64,000 nucleotides of DNA from Clostridia bacterium (GTDB lineage: Bacteria; Bacillota; Clostridia; TANB77; CAG-508), in the NCBI GenBank assembly GCA_900759015.1, contig CAAEUE010000002.1, positions 47,332-111,331 on the forward strand. Reading direction: 5' to 3'. This document shows, piece after piece, positions 1 through 10,124 of the stretch. The notes beneath the pieces are model-generated. The model did not search any database and was not told the origin of the DNA. It saw nothing but the letters and a program-made list of their open reading frames with translations. Positions within the stretch are counted from its first letter, which is position 1. Every line of letters starts with the position of its first letter. The position numbers and the translations under genes are program-made.

Positions 1-1928
1 CTGCAGTTGGTAAAACATTAAGTATTGTAGGTTTAATTGTTTGCGTAATTATATTTGTAATCGGACTACTTTATAAAAGACCTATTCTTCCATTATTTAT
101 GACTGCGATTTCACTTGCAATTTCTATAATTCCAGAGGGCTTACCTGCAACTGCCACAATAGTTATGGCTCTTGGAGTAAAACGTATGGCAAAAGAAAAT
201 GCCTTAATTAGAAAACTTCCTGCTGTCGAAACACTTGGTAGTAGTACTGTTATTTGTTCTGACAAAACTGGAACTCTTACACAAAACAGAATGGTTGTAA
301 AAAAATTAGCCAATATGGATGACATTTTAAATGGCTTTGCCATTTCTGTAACTAATATACAAAATAAAGAATCATATAAAGAGCTAATATATTCTGGTTT
401 ATTATGTAATGATGCAACATTTGACAAGAAAAATAACAATATGCTTATTGGTGACCCAACAGAAGGTGCCCTTTTACTGCTTGGTAGAGATTTTTTTAAA
501 ATTAATCAAGAAGAGCTAGAAAGGAACTATGAAAGACTTTATGAACAACCTTTTGATTCTGACAGAAAACGTATGACTACAGTTCACAATATAGAAGGAA
601 CTATAACAGCATATGTAAAAGGCGCTTTAGATGAGCTTTTAAGTGTCTGTGATACAGTTCTTACAACTAATGGTATACAAACATTAACCGCTGAATATAA
701 AGAAAAAATACTTAATGTAAATACCTCTCTATCTTCTGAGGCTTTAAGAGTTTTAGGCTTTGCTAAAAAAATGCTTGATAAAGTTCCAACAGAAGGTGAG
801 AATATAGAAAACAATCTAACTTTTATTGGTGTTGTAGGTATGATTGATCCACCAAGGCTTGAAGTTCCAAATTCTATAAAAACGTGTAAAGATGCAGGAA
901 TTAGAACTATTATGATTACAGGTGACCATGTAATTACAGCAAAAGCTATTGCCAAAGAACTTGGAATATATGAAGAAAACACAAATGCAATAACTGGAAC
1001 TGAATTAGACAATATGACTGATGATGAATTGGACAAAATCGTCGAAAACACTTCTGTGTTTGCTAGGGTATCTCCTAACCACAAATTAAGAATTGTAAAT
1101 TCTTTAAAAAGAAACGGAGAAATTGTTGCAATGACTGGTGATGGTGTAAACGATGCACCTGCACTTAATAAAGCTGATATTGGTATATCAATGGGGATTA
1201 ATGGTACTGATGTTGCAAAAGATGCTTCTGATATGATTTTATTAGATGATGATTTTACTACTATTGTTTATGCCATAAAAGAAGGTCGTAGAGTTTATAA
1301 GAATATTCAAAAAGTAATTCAATTTTTATTAGCTGGTAACATTGCAGAAATTTTAACATTATTTATTGCAACTTTATTAAATTGGGATCCGCCAATTCTT
1401 GCAATCCACATTTTATGTATAAATTTAGCAACAGATTCACTTCCTGCTTTAGCATTAGGTGTTGACCCAGCAAGTAAAAATATAATGAAAGAAAAACCTG
1501 TAAAATCTGGTACTCTTTTTGAAAAATCACTAGTTGCTAGAGTTATTTTACATGGTCTTTTTATAACAATTGCTACAATTTCTGCATTTTTAATAGGATA
1601 TAATACAGACAGCTATATTGTAGGTCAAACTATGGCATTTTGTGTTTTAGCAATTTCACAAATGCTACATGCATTTAATCAAAGATCTAATACAGACTCT
1701 ATTTTTACAAAAGGAAATGGTCATAACAAATATCTATTCTTTGCACTTGCATCTTCATTTGTATTATTACTAATTATTTTATTTGTTCCAATTGTTAGAA
1801 ATATATTCAGTTTAACTTTGTTAAAACCAATAGAATGGCTTATAACAATAGGATTATCTATATTGCCGGTTTTCCTAGTGGAAATAACTAAATTTATAAA
1901 GAGAAAATTTAAATTAAATATTATTTAA
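1..1928 (+). CDS. P-type cation-transporting ATPase (Ca2+ pump-like, P2 type), 5' end cut by the window edge
   Basis: The frame of track ORF 99..1928 stays open back to nt 3. Motifs PEGLPA, CSDKTGTLTQN (phosphorylation site) and TGDGVNDAPAL, plus C-terminal TM helices. Confidence 0.9.
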   Translation, partial: AVGKTLSIVGLIVCVIIFVIGLLYKRPILPLFMTAISLAISIIPEGLPATATIVMALGVKRMAKENALIRKLPAVETLGSSTVICSDKTGTLTQNRMVVKKLANMDDILNGFAISVTNIQNKESYKELIYSGLLCNDATFDKKNNNMLIGDPTEGALLLLGRDFFKINQEELERNYERLYEQPFDSDRKRMTTVHNIEGTITAYVKGALDELLSVCDTVLTTNGIQTLTAEYKEKILNVNTSLSSEALRVLGFAKKMLDKVPTEGENIENNLTFIGVVGMIDPPRLEVPNSIKTCKDAGIRTIMITGDHVITAKAIAKELGIYEENTNAITGTELDNMTDDELDKIVENTSVFARVSPNHKLRIVNSLKRNGEIVAMTGDGVNDAPALNKADIGISMGINGTDVAKDASDMILLDDDFTTIVYAIKEGRRVYKNIQKVIQFLLAGNIAEILTLFIATLLNWDPPILAIHILCINLATDSLPALALGVDPASKNIMKEKPVKSGTLFEKSLVARVILHGLFITIATISAFLIGYNTDSYIVGQTMAFCVLAISQMLHAFNQRSNTDSIFTKGNGHNKYLFFALASSFVLLLIILFVPIVRNIFSLTLLKPIEWLITIGLSILPVFLVEITKFIKRKFKLNII

Positions 1929-1931
1929 TAT

Positions 1932-1963
1932 AAAAAATCCAACTTATTCAGTTGGATTTTTTT
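1932..1963. terminator. Bidirectional hairpin terminator shared by the ATPase gene and the convergent HAD gene
   Basis: Stem atccaac/gttggat with a 7-nt loop, an A-run upstream and a T-run downstream. Confidence 0.6.
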
Positions 1964-2549
1964 GTTTTGCAAATTCTTTTATTTCTTCATATATATCATA
2001 AAAGCTATATACTCTAATTATATTCTTGCCTTCGCAATCTTTATTATATCTTGTATCAAAACACATAATTGGCAAAAACTCTGCAAGTTGTTTTATGTTG
2101 TGTGGACTATCTTCTATCATTATATCTATATTATTTTCTCTACAATTTTCTAATTTATTAACTGTAGAAAAAATTAATTTATCATAATATAATTCATTGT
2201 CTTTAAACCAATTTCTCACCATGTCCTGCATCTTACTTTGTGCTTCTATATCTTCAAACTCACTAGCCCTAGCTGTAATAATATATATTTTATGTCCATC
2301 TGCTTTAAGTTTATTTAATACTTCTTTTGCAAAAGGTCTAGGCTTTTCTTCTACAGCATATTGTGAGTTATATTTTTCCCAAAATTCCATGTCTGTTTGC
2401 CTATCCCAACTAAAAATTTCTATACTCTCATATCCTTTAGAATTTACAATCTTTCCCTTGCCTATTTCAGAAGCATATTTTGTTCCATAGCTCATACAAA
2501 ATTCATTAAAATTAGTTAATACACCATCAAGGTCAATTCCTATATTCAT
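1944..2549 (-). CDS. HAD-superfamily 5'(3')-deoxyribonucleotidase-like phosphatase
   Basis: N-terminal IGIDLDGVL (DxDxV/T HAD motif I); about 200 aa with the layout of the NT5C/YorS-like family. Confidence 0.7.
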   Translation of the reverse strand: MNIGIDLDGVLTNFNEFCMSYGTKYASEIGKGKIVNSKGYESIEIFSWDRQTDMEFWEKYNSQYAVEEKPRPFAKEVLNKLKADGHKIYIITARASEFEDIEAQSKMQDMVRNWFKDNELYYDKLIFSTVNKLENCRENNIDIMIEDSPHNIKQLAEFLPIMCFDTRYNKDCEGKNIIRVYSFYDIYEEIKEFAKQKNPTE

Positions 2550-2567
2550 TTTTTCCTCCTTAGTTTA

Positions 2568-4208
2568 CTAGCTTACTTTGTCAAATAATTTATCTTGATT
2601 ATTATATACATATCTATTTACAAAATAAGTAATTATAATATGTAGAACTACCAAAATTGCAGCTGTTATAAAATAATTTGTAAAACTTAATGGTATGGTC
2701 ACTATAAATATTATTCCAATTTCTAATAGATTTAATACAAAAGGCCATAATAAATTCATATTTTGTTTTACTACTGCGTATTCTGTTGACCATTCTAACT
2801 TTGGTTTTCTTAAATCTACTAATTCCATTAATAATGTTTGTAAAATTAACAAAATTAAATTTAATATTAATGCTGTTAATAAAAATGCTAGTGATGTTTT
2901 TGCTACTACATAAATAAATATTAAAACAATTAGTGATGTTATAGTTCCAAAAACAACATTTGGTATTCCTTTATAAATTAATTGTTTATAATATGGCACT
3001 GGTATATATTTCATAAAAATTGCATTTTGTCCATCTCTTGATATAGCAGTTGGAGCAATATATAGCATACTTGTCAAAAATTCTGTAATTGCAAGAATTG
3101 CTGCCAATCCAATTGGTGTCTCTATAAAACCACCTAATACGTTTTGGAATTCATTTATTGCTTCTTGTGAATTATTACTATTTATACTTACAATAAATAT
3201 TCCCAAAAATACTACTGGCATTAATACAGATGGCAATACACATTGCACAAAAAATATCGGATTTTTAAATAGCATTTTAAATTCCTTTGCTACATATGAT
3301 TTTCCTACTGAATTTATTTTTATGTCTTTACCAGTTATATTTTTCCCTTTCTTTGCTCCAGAAGATAAATTACCTACTGCCCCTCTAAAGTAAAGTTTAT
3401 TTCCTATTAAAATAAATACTATATAACATATTGCTGTAATTCCTAGCAATTTAAAAAATTCAATAAAACTTGCATTTACTATTGCATTAATTCCTGGTTT
3501 TATAATAGGTAAACTATCACTAACCATTTCTACCATACTATTGGCTTGTGTTAATGCATTTAATAAATCTGCTTCACTTAATTCTGATGTTCCAGAAAAA
3601 GCAAATGAAAGTATAAGTGCTAATGCAATTCCTAATAGTGGTGCTATAAGTTTAAATCTATCTTTATTTTTTACACCCTTTGAAAAACTCATTATTACCA
3701 TTATTATAAAAGTTGCAATAAGTATTGGAATTATTGGAAATATTATTAATACCAATAATGAAACTATATAGTACATTGCCCCTGCTGATGTAAGAATTCC
3801 ATAAACAATTATTGGTGCTACTGCAAATATTAATTCCATTACATACTCTGTTACTAATATTACATTTAATTTTGAAATTAATATTTCTCTAGGCTTTAAT
3901 GGTAATGGCAAAATGTAATCCAAATCTTTTGAAAAATAGAATACATTTGTTGCTGATATAATTGATTGTATTATTGTAAGTAGTGCTAACCCTAATAAAA
4001 ATATTCCAATAAACATTGCTTCTTGATGCACTTGCTGTAGTGTTGTAATTAATCCATATGAAAGGAATCCAAATATTCCCATTAAATATACTAGTAAAAT
4101 CCCATAAAGTATTATTTTTCCTACTTTGCTTGTTTTTTTATTATTTTCACTATATTTTTGGAAGGAATTTTTAAGGAGAACTTTTGTAAGTGAAATTATC
4201 TTATTCAT
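2568..4208 (-). CDS. Polytopic ABC exporter permease
   Basis: 546 aa with many TM helices. It overlaps the upstream ABC ATPase gene by 8 nt. Confidence 0.7.
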   Translation of the reverse strand: MNKIISLTKVLLKNSFQKYSENNKKTSKVGKIILYGILLVYLMGIFGFLSYGLITTLQQVHQEAMFIGIFLLGLALLTIIQSIISATNVFYFSKDLDYILPLPLKPREILISKLNVILVTEYVMELIFAVAPIIVYGILTSAGAMYYIVSLLVLIIFPIIPILIATFIIMVIMSFSKGVKNKDRFKLIAPLLGIALALILSFAFSGTSELSEADLLNALTQANSMVEMVSDSLPIIKPGINAIVNASFIEFFKLLGITAICYIVFILIGNKLYFRGAVGNLSSGAKKGKNITGKDIKINSVGKSYVAKEFKMLFKNPIFFVQCVLPSVLMPVVFLGIFIVSINSNNSQEAINEFQNVLGGFIETPIGLAAILAITEFLTSMLYIAPTAISRDGQNAIFMKYIPVPYYKQLIYKGIPNVVFGTITSLIVLIFIYVVAKTSLAFLLTALILNLILLILQTLLMELVDLRKPKLEWSTEYAVVKQNMNLLWPFVLNLLEIGIIFIVTIPLSFTNYFITAAILVVLHIIITYFVNRYVYNNQDKLFDKVS

Positions 4209-4926
4209 CTTGTGTAATCTCCAAGAATAGTTCTTCTAATGTTCCATTGTCTTTTAGTTTTGTCTTCATTTCTTCAAATGTTCCAACAAAAATTAATTTC
4301 CCCTTATTTATAATTCCTACTCTGTCACATAATTTTTCTGCAACTTCTAAAACATGTGTAGAAAAGAAAACACAATTACCTTCCTTTGCGTGTTTCCTCA
4401 TCATTTCTTTTAAGTCATAAGATGCCTTTGGATCCAACCCAGTCATTGGCTCATCTAATATCCAATTTTTTGGATTATTTAAAAGAGCACCACATAATAT
4501 TATTTTTTGACGCATTCCGTGTGAATAGCCTTGCATCTCTTCATTTAAATTATCATATATCTCAAATTTCTTTGTTAACTCTTCTATTCTTTGTTTTCTT
4601 ATTTCTTTTGGGACCTCATAAATATCTCCCATAAAATTTAAGTATTCTATTCCTTTAAGTTTTAAGAATATATCTGGTGTGTCTGGTACAAATCCTATAG
4701 TTTTTTTAGCAGAAATACTATCCTTTTTTATATCTTTATCATCTACCAATATTTTTCCCTCATCGGCATTTAATATGCCTGTAATCATCTTGATAGTTGT
4801 TGTTTTTCCTGCACCATTTGGTCCTAAAAAGCCAAAAATTTCTCCATCTTTTATTTCTAAGTTTAGGGAATCTACAGATTTTTTTCCTTTTACATATGAC
4901 TTAGAAATATTTTCTAATTTAATCAT
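4201..4926 (-). CDS. ABC transporter ATP-binding protein
   Basis: Walker A GPNGAGKTT and Walker B ILDEP. Start moved to the ATG (MIKLENISKSY) that follows a GGGGGA RBS. Confidence 0.9.
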   Translation of the reverse strand: MIKLENISKSYVKGKKSVDSLNLEIKDGEIFGFLGPNGAGKTTTIKMITGILNADEGKILVDDKDIKKDSISAKKTIGFVPDTPDIFLKLKGIEYLNFMGDIYEVPKEIRKQRIEELTKKFEIYDNLNEEMQGYSHGMRQKIILCGALLNNPKNWILDEPMTGLDPKASYDLKEMMRKHAKEGNCVFFSTHVLEVAEKLCDRVGIINKGKLIFVGTFEEMKTKLKDNGTLEELFLEITQDE

Positions 4927-5035
4927 GGTTATCCCCCTTTTTTTATATTTTTCATGATTGTACAATTTTTTTATTCTATTAGCAATACTATTTATAAATT
5001 ATTAAGATATAATATATTAAAATTCTATTAATATC

Positions 5036-5064
5036 TTTACAGCAGAGCCATTTTGCTATATACT
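5036..5064 (+). promoter_or_regulatory. Putative sigma-A promoter of ldh
   Basis: TTTACA, 17-nt spacer, TATACT, about 40 nt upstream of the ldh start. Confidence 0.4.
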
Positions 5065-5100
5065 ATATTGGCAGACAAATTATTAGGAGGTCTCTTACAA

Positions 5101-6009
5101 ATGAAAAATAAAGTAGTTATAATAGGTACTGGTAACGTTGGAGTTAGTTATGCCTACTCACTTTTAAGTTCTAACATAAATATACATGAAATTGTATTAA
5201 TAGACATTAATATGCAAAAAGCTGAAGGAGAAGCATTAGATTTACTAAATTGTATACCACTTACTAACACTTCTTCTAAAATCAAGTTTGGAACATATGA
5301 AGAATGTAATGATGCATCAATTATATGTATAACAGCAGGTGTTAGCCAAAGAGCAAATATTTCATCTAGAATGGAAGATTTGCATAATGCAAGTAATATT
5401 TTTAAAGAAATTGTTAAAAGTATTGCAGCTACAAAATTTAATGGAATTATACTTGTCGCAGGTAACCCACTAGATGTTATGACATATCTTACTTGGCAAT
5501 ATTCAGGACTAAATTCAAATAAAATTATTGGTTCTGGAACATCATTAGATTCTGCAAGACTTCAAAATATTATTGCAAATAAACTTGAGGTTTCACCAAA
5601 AAGTATACATGCTTATGTAATTGGTGAACATGGAAATAGTGGGTTTGTTCCTTGGAGCAATGCAAAAATCGGTTTAGAACCAATTTCTAACTATTTATCA
5701 CACGAAGATATGATAAATATAGAAGATGAAACAAGAAACTTTGGTTTTAAAATTGCTCAAAAGAAGAATTACACTTGTTTTGGAATAGCTTCTGCTTTAA
5801 CAAGAATAACTAGTGCAATTATAGCAGATGAAAAAGCGATTATATGTGTTTCTTCTTATGATCCAGTTCAAAAAGTATTTATTAGTACACCTTCTGTTAT
5901 TGGAATAAATGGTGTCGAAAAAACTGGAATTATGGCTTTAAATCAAGAGGAAATTCACAAATTCGAAAACTCTGCAAATATTATACGAAATGCTATTAAT
6001 GAAATTTAA
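5101..6009 (+). CDS. ldh: L-lactate dehydrogenase (or a closely related L-2-hydroxyacid dehydrogenase)
   Basis: VVIIGTGNVGVSYAY Rossmann motif and the GEHGNS active-site loop. Start at the ATG after AGGAGG. Confidence 0.85.
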   Translation: MKNKVVIIGTGNVGVSYAYSLLSSNINIHEIVLIDINMQKAEGEALDLLNCIPLTNTSSKIKFGTYEECNDASIICITAGVSQRANISSRMEDLHNASNIFKEIVKSIAATKFNGIILVAGNPLDVMTYLTWQYSGLNSNKIIGSGTSLDSARLQNIIANKLEVSPKSIHAYVIGEHGNSGFVPWSNAKIGLEPISNYLSHEDMINIEDETRNFGFKIAQKKNYTCFGIASALTRITSAIIADEKAIICVSSYDPVQKVFISTPSVIGINGVEKTGIMALNQEEIHKFENSANIIRNAINEI

Positions 6010-6047
6010 ATATACTACCTCCTACATTTGTTATAGGGGGTTTTTTT

Positions 6048-6608
6048 ATGGAAGCGTCAAAAGCTTTAATTGTAAAAAAGAAATTAACAGATACACAATA
6101 TATAATATTATATTTTTTCCTTTACTCATTTATTGGATGGTTAATGGAAACTTTTTATTCATTACTTGTATTGGGACATTTCACAAATCGTGGATTTTTA
6201 GTTGGTCCAATTTGTCCTATTTATGGATTTGGAGCAATTTTAATGATTTTGTTTATTGGTCAATATAAGAAAAATTCAATTAAATTATTTTTAGCTTCAG
6301 CTTTCATTTTCTCCGCATTTGAATATGTAGTAGGTTTTGCATTAGATGCGATTTTTGCTGCCAAATGGTGGGATTATACATATGACTTTTTTAATTTGAA
6401 TGGTAGAATTAGTATTTTATATACAATAGCATGGGGATTTATCGGATTATTATTTATTAATCATATTCATCCATTTTTTTCTAAGAAAATAGAAAAATCC
6501 TTATCTGCTATTCCAACCTATATTTTAAAAGTCCTTATATATTTAATGCCAATAATTTTAATTATTGATACTATTTTCTCTAGTTTAAAATATCTAGGTA
6601 TATTATAA
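6048..6608 (+). CDS. Integral membrane protein (DUF1113 / putative ABC-transporter type IV family-like)
   Basis: 186 aa, 5-6 TM helices, motifs SFIGWLMETFY, GPICPIYGFG and KWWDY. Confidence 0.6.
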   Translation: MEASKALIVKKKLTDTQYIILYFFLYSFIGWLMETFYSLLVLGHFTNRGFLVGPICPIYGFGAILMILFIGQYKKNSIKLFLASAFIFSAFEYVVGFALDAIFAAKWWDYTYDFFNLNGRISILYTIAWGFIGLLFINHIHPFFSKKIEKSLSAIPTYILKVLIYLMPIILIIDTIFSSLKYLGIL

Positions 6609-6620
6609 TGTCGAATTTTG

Positions 6621-6653
6621 AAGGTATAGGTCGAACGATTTATACCCTTTTTT
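6621..6653 (+). terminator. Intrinsic terminator
   Basis: Stem ggtata/tatacc followed by a T-run. Confidence 0.5.
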
Positions 6654-6654
6654 A

Positions 6655-6683
6655 TTGCTCTTTTTAGTAAAATTTGGTATAAT
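6655..6683 (+). promoter_or_regulatory. Putative extended -10 sigma-A promoter
   Basis: TTGCTC, 17-nt spacer, TGgTATAAT. Confidence 0.45.
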
Positions 6684-6716
6684 ATTCTTCGCGCGCAAAT
6701 ATATTTTATTATAGAG

Positions 6717-7544
6717 GTGATATCATTGTCTCAAAAGACAAACTCATTGGAATCCGGCGAAAGTAGCGAGGTTCTTGCTGTTCCCGCGCAAAGAATTGGA
6801 CTTGCTCAATTTATTTTAAGTCCAGAACAAAGGACAGCTATAGATAATAGAAATAATCTAGTAAGATTATATGATACATATAAAAATGATTATCTTAAAT
6901 ACTATATACAAAATCTAGAAGCAGAAAATGCAAGTTTACAGGCTGCTTTTAAAAACGTAGATTTTTATATTATGTCTAGGGTAAAATCTAAACATAACTA
7001 TATAGAAAAATTAGATAAAAAAGGTGAAGCTTTAGATATATTTGGAGACAAAATAATTATCTTAGCTGTAGATGGTAAAACAGATGAAGATTTATTAATT
7101 CAAAAAGCTTACGAAATGGAAAAATTTTTAGTTACACATGATCCAAATATAACTGAACTTTCTAGGAAAAGAAAAGATTATATAGCAGAACCTAAAAAAA
7201 ATGGTTATTCATCCTTACATACAACTCGTATTGTTCATGTTCCAGATAAAGATATTAAATTTTATCGTGAAACACAAATAAAAACATTTAGAATGAGAGA
7301 AACAGAAAAAAATGGGACTGCAGGTCATTCTTCTGTATACAAAAATAATAGGGATTTATTTTTGCAAAAAATTAAAAACAGAATTTCTGCGGAATTCTTT
7401 TTACCTAAATACATGCATTTTGAATTTGATAGAAAATCTAGAAGTGATAAATTAGTTCAAGATAGTTTTGAATCAAATTTTAAATATTATTTTGGTTTAA
7501 ATTTTGACGAATTTATGCAAATGAGAGCCATACAATTAAGATAA
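6717..7544 (+). CDS. Divergent RelA/SpoT-homolog synthetase-domain protein (small alarmone synthetase-like)
   Basis: The ordered motifs SRVKSKHNYIEKL, DIFGDKIII, DYIAEPKKNGYSSLHT and ETQIKT parallel the RSH synthetase motifs. The start is uncertain: GTG 6717, or TTG 6726 which is better spaced from AGAGGTG. Confidence 0.6.
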   Translation: MISLSQKTNSLESGESSEVLAVPAQRIGLAQFILSPEQRTAIDNRNNLVRLYDTYKNDYLKYYIQNLEAENASLQAAFKNVDFYIMSRVKSKHNYIEKLDKKGEALDIFGDKIIILAVDGKTDEDLLIQKAYEMEKFLVTHDPNITELSRKRKDYIAEPKKNGYSSLHTTRIVHVPDKDIKFYRETQIKTFRMRETEKNGTAGHSSVYKNNRDLFLQKIKNRISAEFFLPKYMHFEFDRKSRSDKLVQDSFESNFKYYFGLNFDEFMQMRAIQLR

Positions 7545-7579
7545 AAAGACGTGATTTTAATTTTAATCACGTCTTTTTT
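7545..7579. terminator. Bidirectional intrinsic terminator
   Basis: Perfect 12-bp stem aaagacgtgatt/aatcacgtcttt flanked by an A-run and a T-run. Confidence 0.75.
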
Positions 7580-7593
7580 CTAACACTATATTT

Positions 7594-8178
7594 TTAAAAT
7601 CTACTTATTGCAAGTCCATCTCCAACTTCTAATATTTCTGTTGTACAATTTTCATCTTCTGTTACTTCTTTTATATATTCACGTAAATTTCTTACAGCAG
7701 TTCTTTGTTTATGTTTGTTATAATCACTCATTACATAACCTTTATATAAAATATTGTCGGCAAAAATAATTCCATTTTTATTTAGCATTCTTTTAGCTTG
7801 CGCTAAAAAGAATGGATATTTTCCCTTTGCGGCATCTATAAATACAACATCATATTTTTTGTCTAAAGTAGGCAATATTTCTACTGCATCTCCTTCTAAA
7901 ATATTAATCTTGTCTGCTACTCCTACCTTTTGTATATTTATCTTTGCCTCTTCTACTCTTTCATGCTCTCTTTCTATTGTATCTATTTTACCACCTTCAG
8001 CTAAATATCTTGAAAAGCATATAGCAGAATACCCAACAGCAGTTCCTATCTCTAATATTGCTTTTGGTTTCGTTTCTTTTAAAATTTTATCTATTACTTC
8101 TAAAGTATCATCCATAATTATTGGAATATGGTCTTCTAAAGCTTTTTCTTTTATTATTTTTAACTCTTGTTCGTTCAT
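7594..8178 (-). CDS. trmR: Class I SAM-dependent O-methyltransferase (YrrM/TrmR-like)
   Basis: LEIGTAVGYSA SAM motif, VFIDAAKGKY, and C-terminal VGDGLAIS, as in Bacillus YrrM. Confidence 0.75.
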   Translation of the reverse strand: MNEQELKIIKEKALEDHIPIIMDDTLEVIDKILKETKPKAILEIGTAVGYSAICFSRYLAEGGKIDTIEREHERVEEAKINIQKVGVADKINILEGDAVEILPTLDKKYDVVFIDAAKGKYPFFLAQAKRMLNKNGIIFADNILYKGYVMSDYNKHKQRTAVRNLREYIKEVTEDENCTTEILEVGDGLAISRF

Positions 8179-8213
8179 ATACCTTCTCCTTTAATTATCA
8201 AACCAAAGAAATA

Positions 8214-8265
8214 GGGATTCCAAGGAACGTCCCCAAATCCCTGTTGGAAAGAACTCCCAAATCCC
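8214..8265 (-). repeat. GGGATTT/GGACGTTCC dispersed repeat, locus 1 (two units)
   Basis: gggattccaaggaacgtccccaaatccctgttggaaagaactcccaaatccc, between the typA stop and the trmR start. Confidence 0.9.
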
Positions 8266-8284
8266 TATCCTATTTTATCTTATT

Positions 8285-10111
8285 TTAGTCTTCTTTAACT
8301 TTTCTTCTTGCTTCTCTTTCTCTAGTTTTTGTGTCTAGTATTTTCTTTCTTAATCTAATACTCTTTGGAGTTACTTCTACTAATTCATCATCTTGAATAA
8401 ACTCTATAGCTTTTTCTAATGACATTTGAATTGGTGGTACTAATCTTAATGCATCATCAGAACCTGAAGCTCTTGTATTTGTTAAATGTTTTTCTTTACA
8501 TACATTTATTGCTAAATCTTCTGGTCTAGAATTTATACCTACAATCATACCTTCATATACTTCTACACCTGGTCCAATGAATAAATCACCTTTATCTTGT
8601 GCATTGTATAATCCATATGTTATAGATGTACCTGCTTCGAAAGCTACAATTGTTCCTCTTGTTCTTGCAACAACTGTTCCTTTATATGGCTCATAATCTT
8701 CGAATACATGGTTCATAACACCATTACCTTTTGTATCTGTCATGAATTCTGTTCTATAACCAATTAAACCTCTTGAAGGTATTTTAAATTCTACTTTAGT
8801 ATGACCTGCTTCTGCTGGTTCCATATTTATCATTTCTGCTTTTCTTTTTCCTAATTTTTCTATAACACTACCAATACAATCATCTGGTACATTTACTACA
8901 AGTCTTTCAATTGGTTCACATTTTACACCATTGATTTCTTTTATAATAACTTTTGGTCTAGATACTAAAAATTCAAACCCTTCTCTTCTCATTGTTTCGA
9001 TTAATACAGATAGATGTAATTCTCCACGTCCAGCTACTTCAAATGAATCTGCAGAATCTGTTTCACTTACACGTAAACTTACATTTCTTTCAAGCTCTTT
9101 AAATAATCTATCTCTTAAATGTCTTGAAGTAATGAATTTTCCTTCTTTACCAGCTAAAGGTCCATCATTTACACTAAATGTCATAGTAACTGTTGGTTCG
9201 TCTATGTCTACAAAATCTATTTTTTCTGGGTGTTCTACATCACATATTGTTTCACCAATATTAATGTCTGGAATACCAGATAATTCGATAATATCACCTG
9301 CACCTATTTCTTGAACTTCTACTTTTTTAAGTCCCATATGTGTGTAAATTTTTCCTATTCTTGCATTTTCCATTTTTCCATCTTTTTTGCAAATAACTAC
9401 TGGATCATTAACTTTTAATATTCCTCTTTCTAGTCTACCTATAGCCATTCTTCCTATGAATTCATCATAGTCAATATTAGATACTAGCATTTGAACAGGT
9501 CCTTCTTCATCACAAGCAGGTGGATTTATTTCTTTTATAATTGTTTCAAATATACAATTTATATTATCACTGCTATCTTCCATGTTCATTTTAGCAATTC
9601 CGTTTTTAGCTGAAGCATAAATTACTGGGAATTCTAATTGTTCATCTGTTGCATCTAATTCTATAAATAATTCTAGTACTTGGTCTAATACCTTTGATGG
9701 ATTTGCTCCTGGTCTATCTATTTTATTTATTACAACTATTGGTTTTAAATTTAAAGATAATGCTTTCTTTAAAACCTCTCTTGTTTGAGGCATTGGTCCT
9801 TCGAACGCATCAACTAATAATAAAACTCCATCAACAGTTTTTAAAACTCTTTCTACTTCTCCACCAAAGTCAGCATGTCCTGGTGTATCTACTATATTTA
9901 TTTTTACACCGTTATACATAACTGCTGTATTTTTAGAAAGAATTGTTATTCCCCTTTCTTTTTCTAATGCATTAGAATCCATAATTCTCTCGTCAACTTT
10001 TTCGTTGTCTCTAAATACATGGCTTTGTTTTAATAATGCATCTACTAATGTTGTTTTACCATGGTCTACGTGTGCTATGATTGCTATGTTTCTAATATTT
10101 TCGTTTATCAT
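8285..10111 (-). CDS. typA: Translational GTPase TypA/BipA
   Basis: AHVDHGKTT, DTPGHADF and NKIDR G-motifs; 608 aa with an EF-G-like domain layout. Confidence 0.95.
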   Translation of the reverse strand: MINENIRNIAIIAHVDHGKTTLVDALLKQSHVFRDNEKVDERIMDSNALEKERGITILSKNTAVMYNGVKINIVDTPGHADFGGEVERVLKTVDGVLLLVDAFEGPMPQTREVLKKALSLNLKPIVVINKIDRPGANPSKVLDQVLELFIELDATDEQLEFPVIYASAKNGIAKMNMEDSSDNINCIFETIIKEINPPACDEEGPVQMLVSNIDYDEFIGRMAIGRLERGILKVNDPVVICKKDGKMENARIGKIYTHMGLKKVEVQEIGAGDIIELSGIPDINIGETICDVEHPEKIDFVDIDEPTVTMTFSVNDGPLAGKEGKFITSRHLRDRLFKELERNVSLRVSETDSADSFEVAGRGELHLSVLIETMRREGFEFLVSRPKVIIKEINGVKCEPIERLVVNVPDDCIGSVIEKLGKRKAEMINMEPAEAGHTKVEFKIPSRGLIGYRTEFMTDTKGNGVMNHVFEDYEPYKGTVVARTRGTIVAFEAGTSITYGLYNAQDKGDLFIGPGVEVYEGMIVGINSRPEDLAINVCKEKHLTNTRASGSDDALRLVPPIQMSLEKAIEFIQDDELVEVTPKSIRLRKKILDTKTREREARRKVKED

Positions 10112-10124
10112 TTTTATTACTCCT

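Noticed and set aside
584-1084. Many antisense or alternate-frame ORFs of 60-220 aa in the track, including 584..1084, 7754..8194, 30672..31103, 46922..47482, 49335..49868, 53737..54393 and 56052..56573.
   Set aside because: They lie entirely inside well-supported genes on the opposite strand or in another frame. Their Ser/Phe/Ile/Leu-rich low-complexity translations are typical of shadow frames in AT-rich DNA, and they lack RBSs.
4981-5035. Possible Rex (redox repressor) operator upstream of ldh (TTATAAATTATTAAGA region).
   Set aside because: It does not match the TTGTTAA-N4-TTAACAA-type consensus well enough and cannot be distinguished from the AT-rich background.
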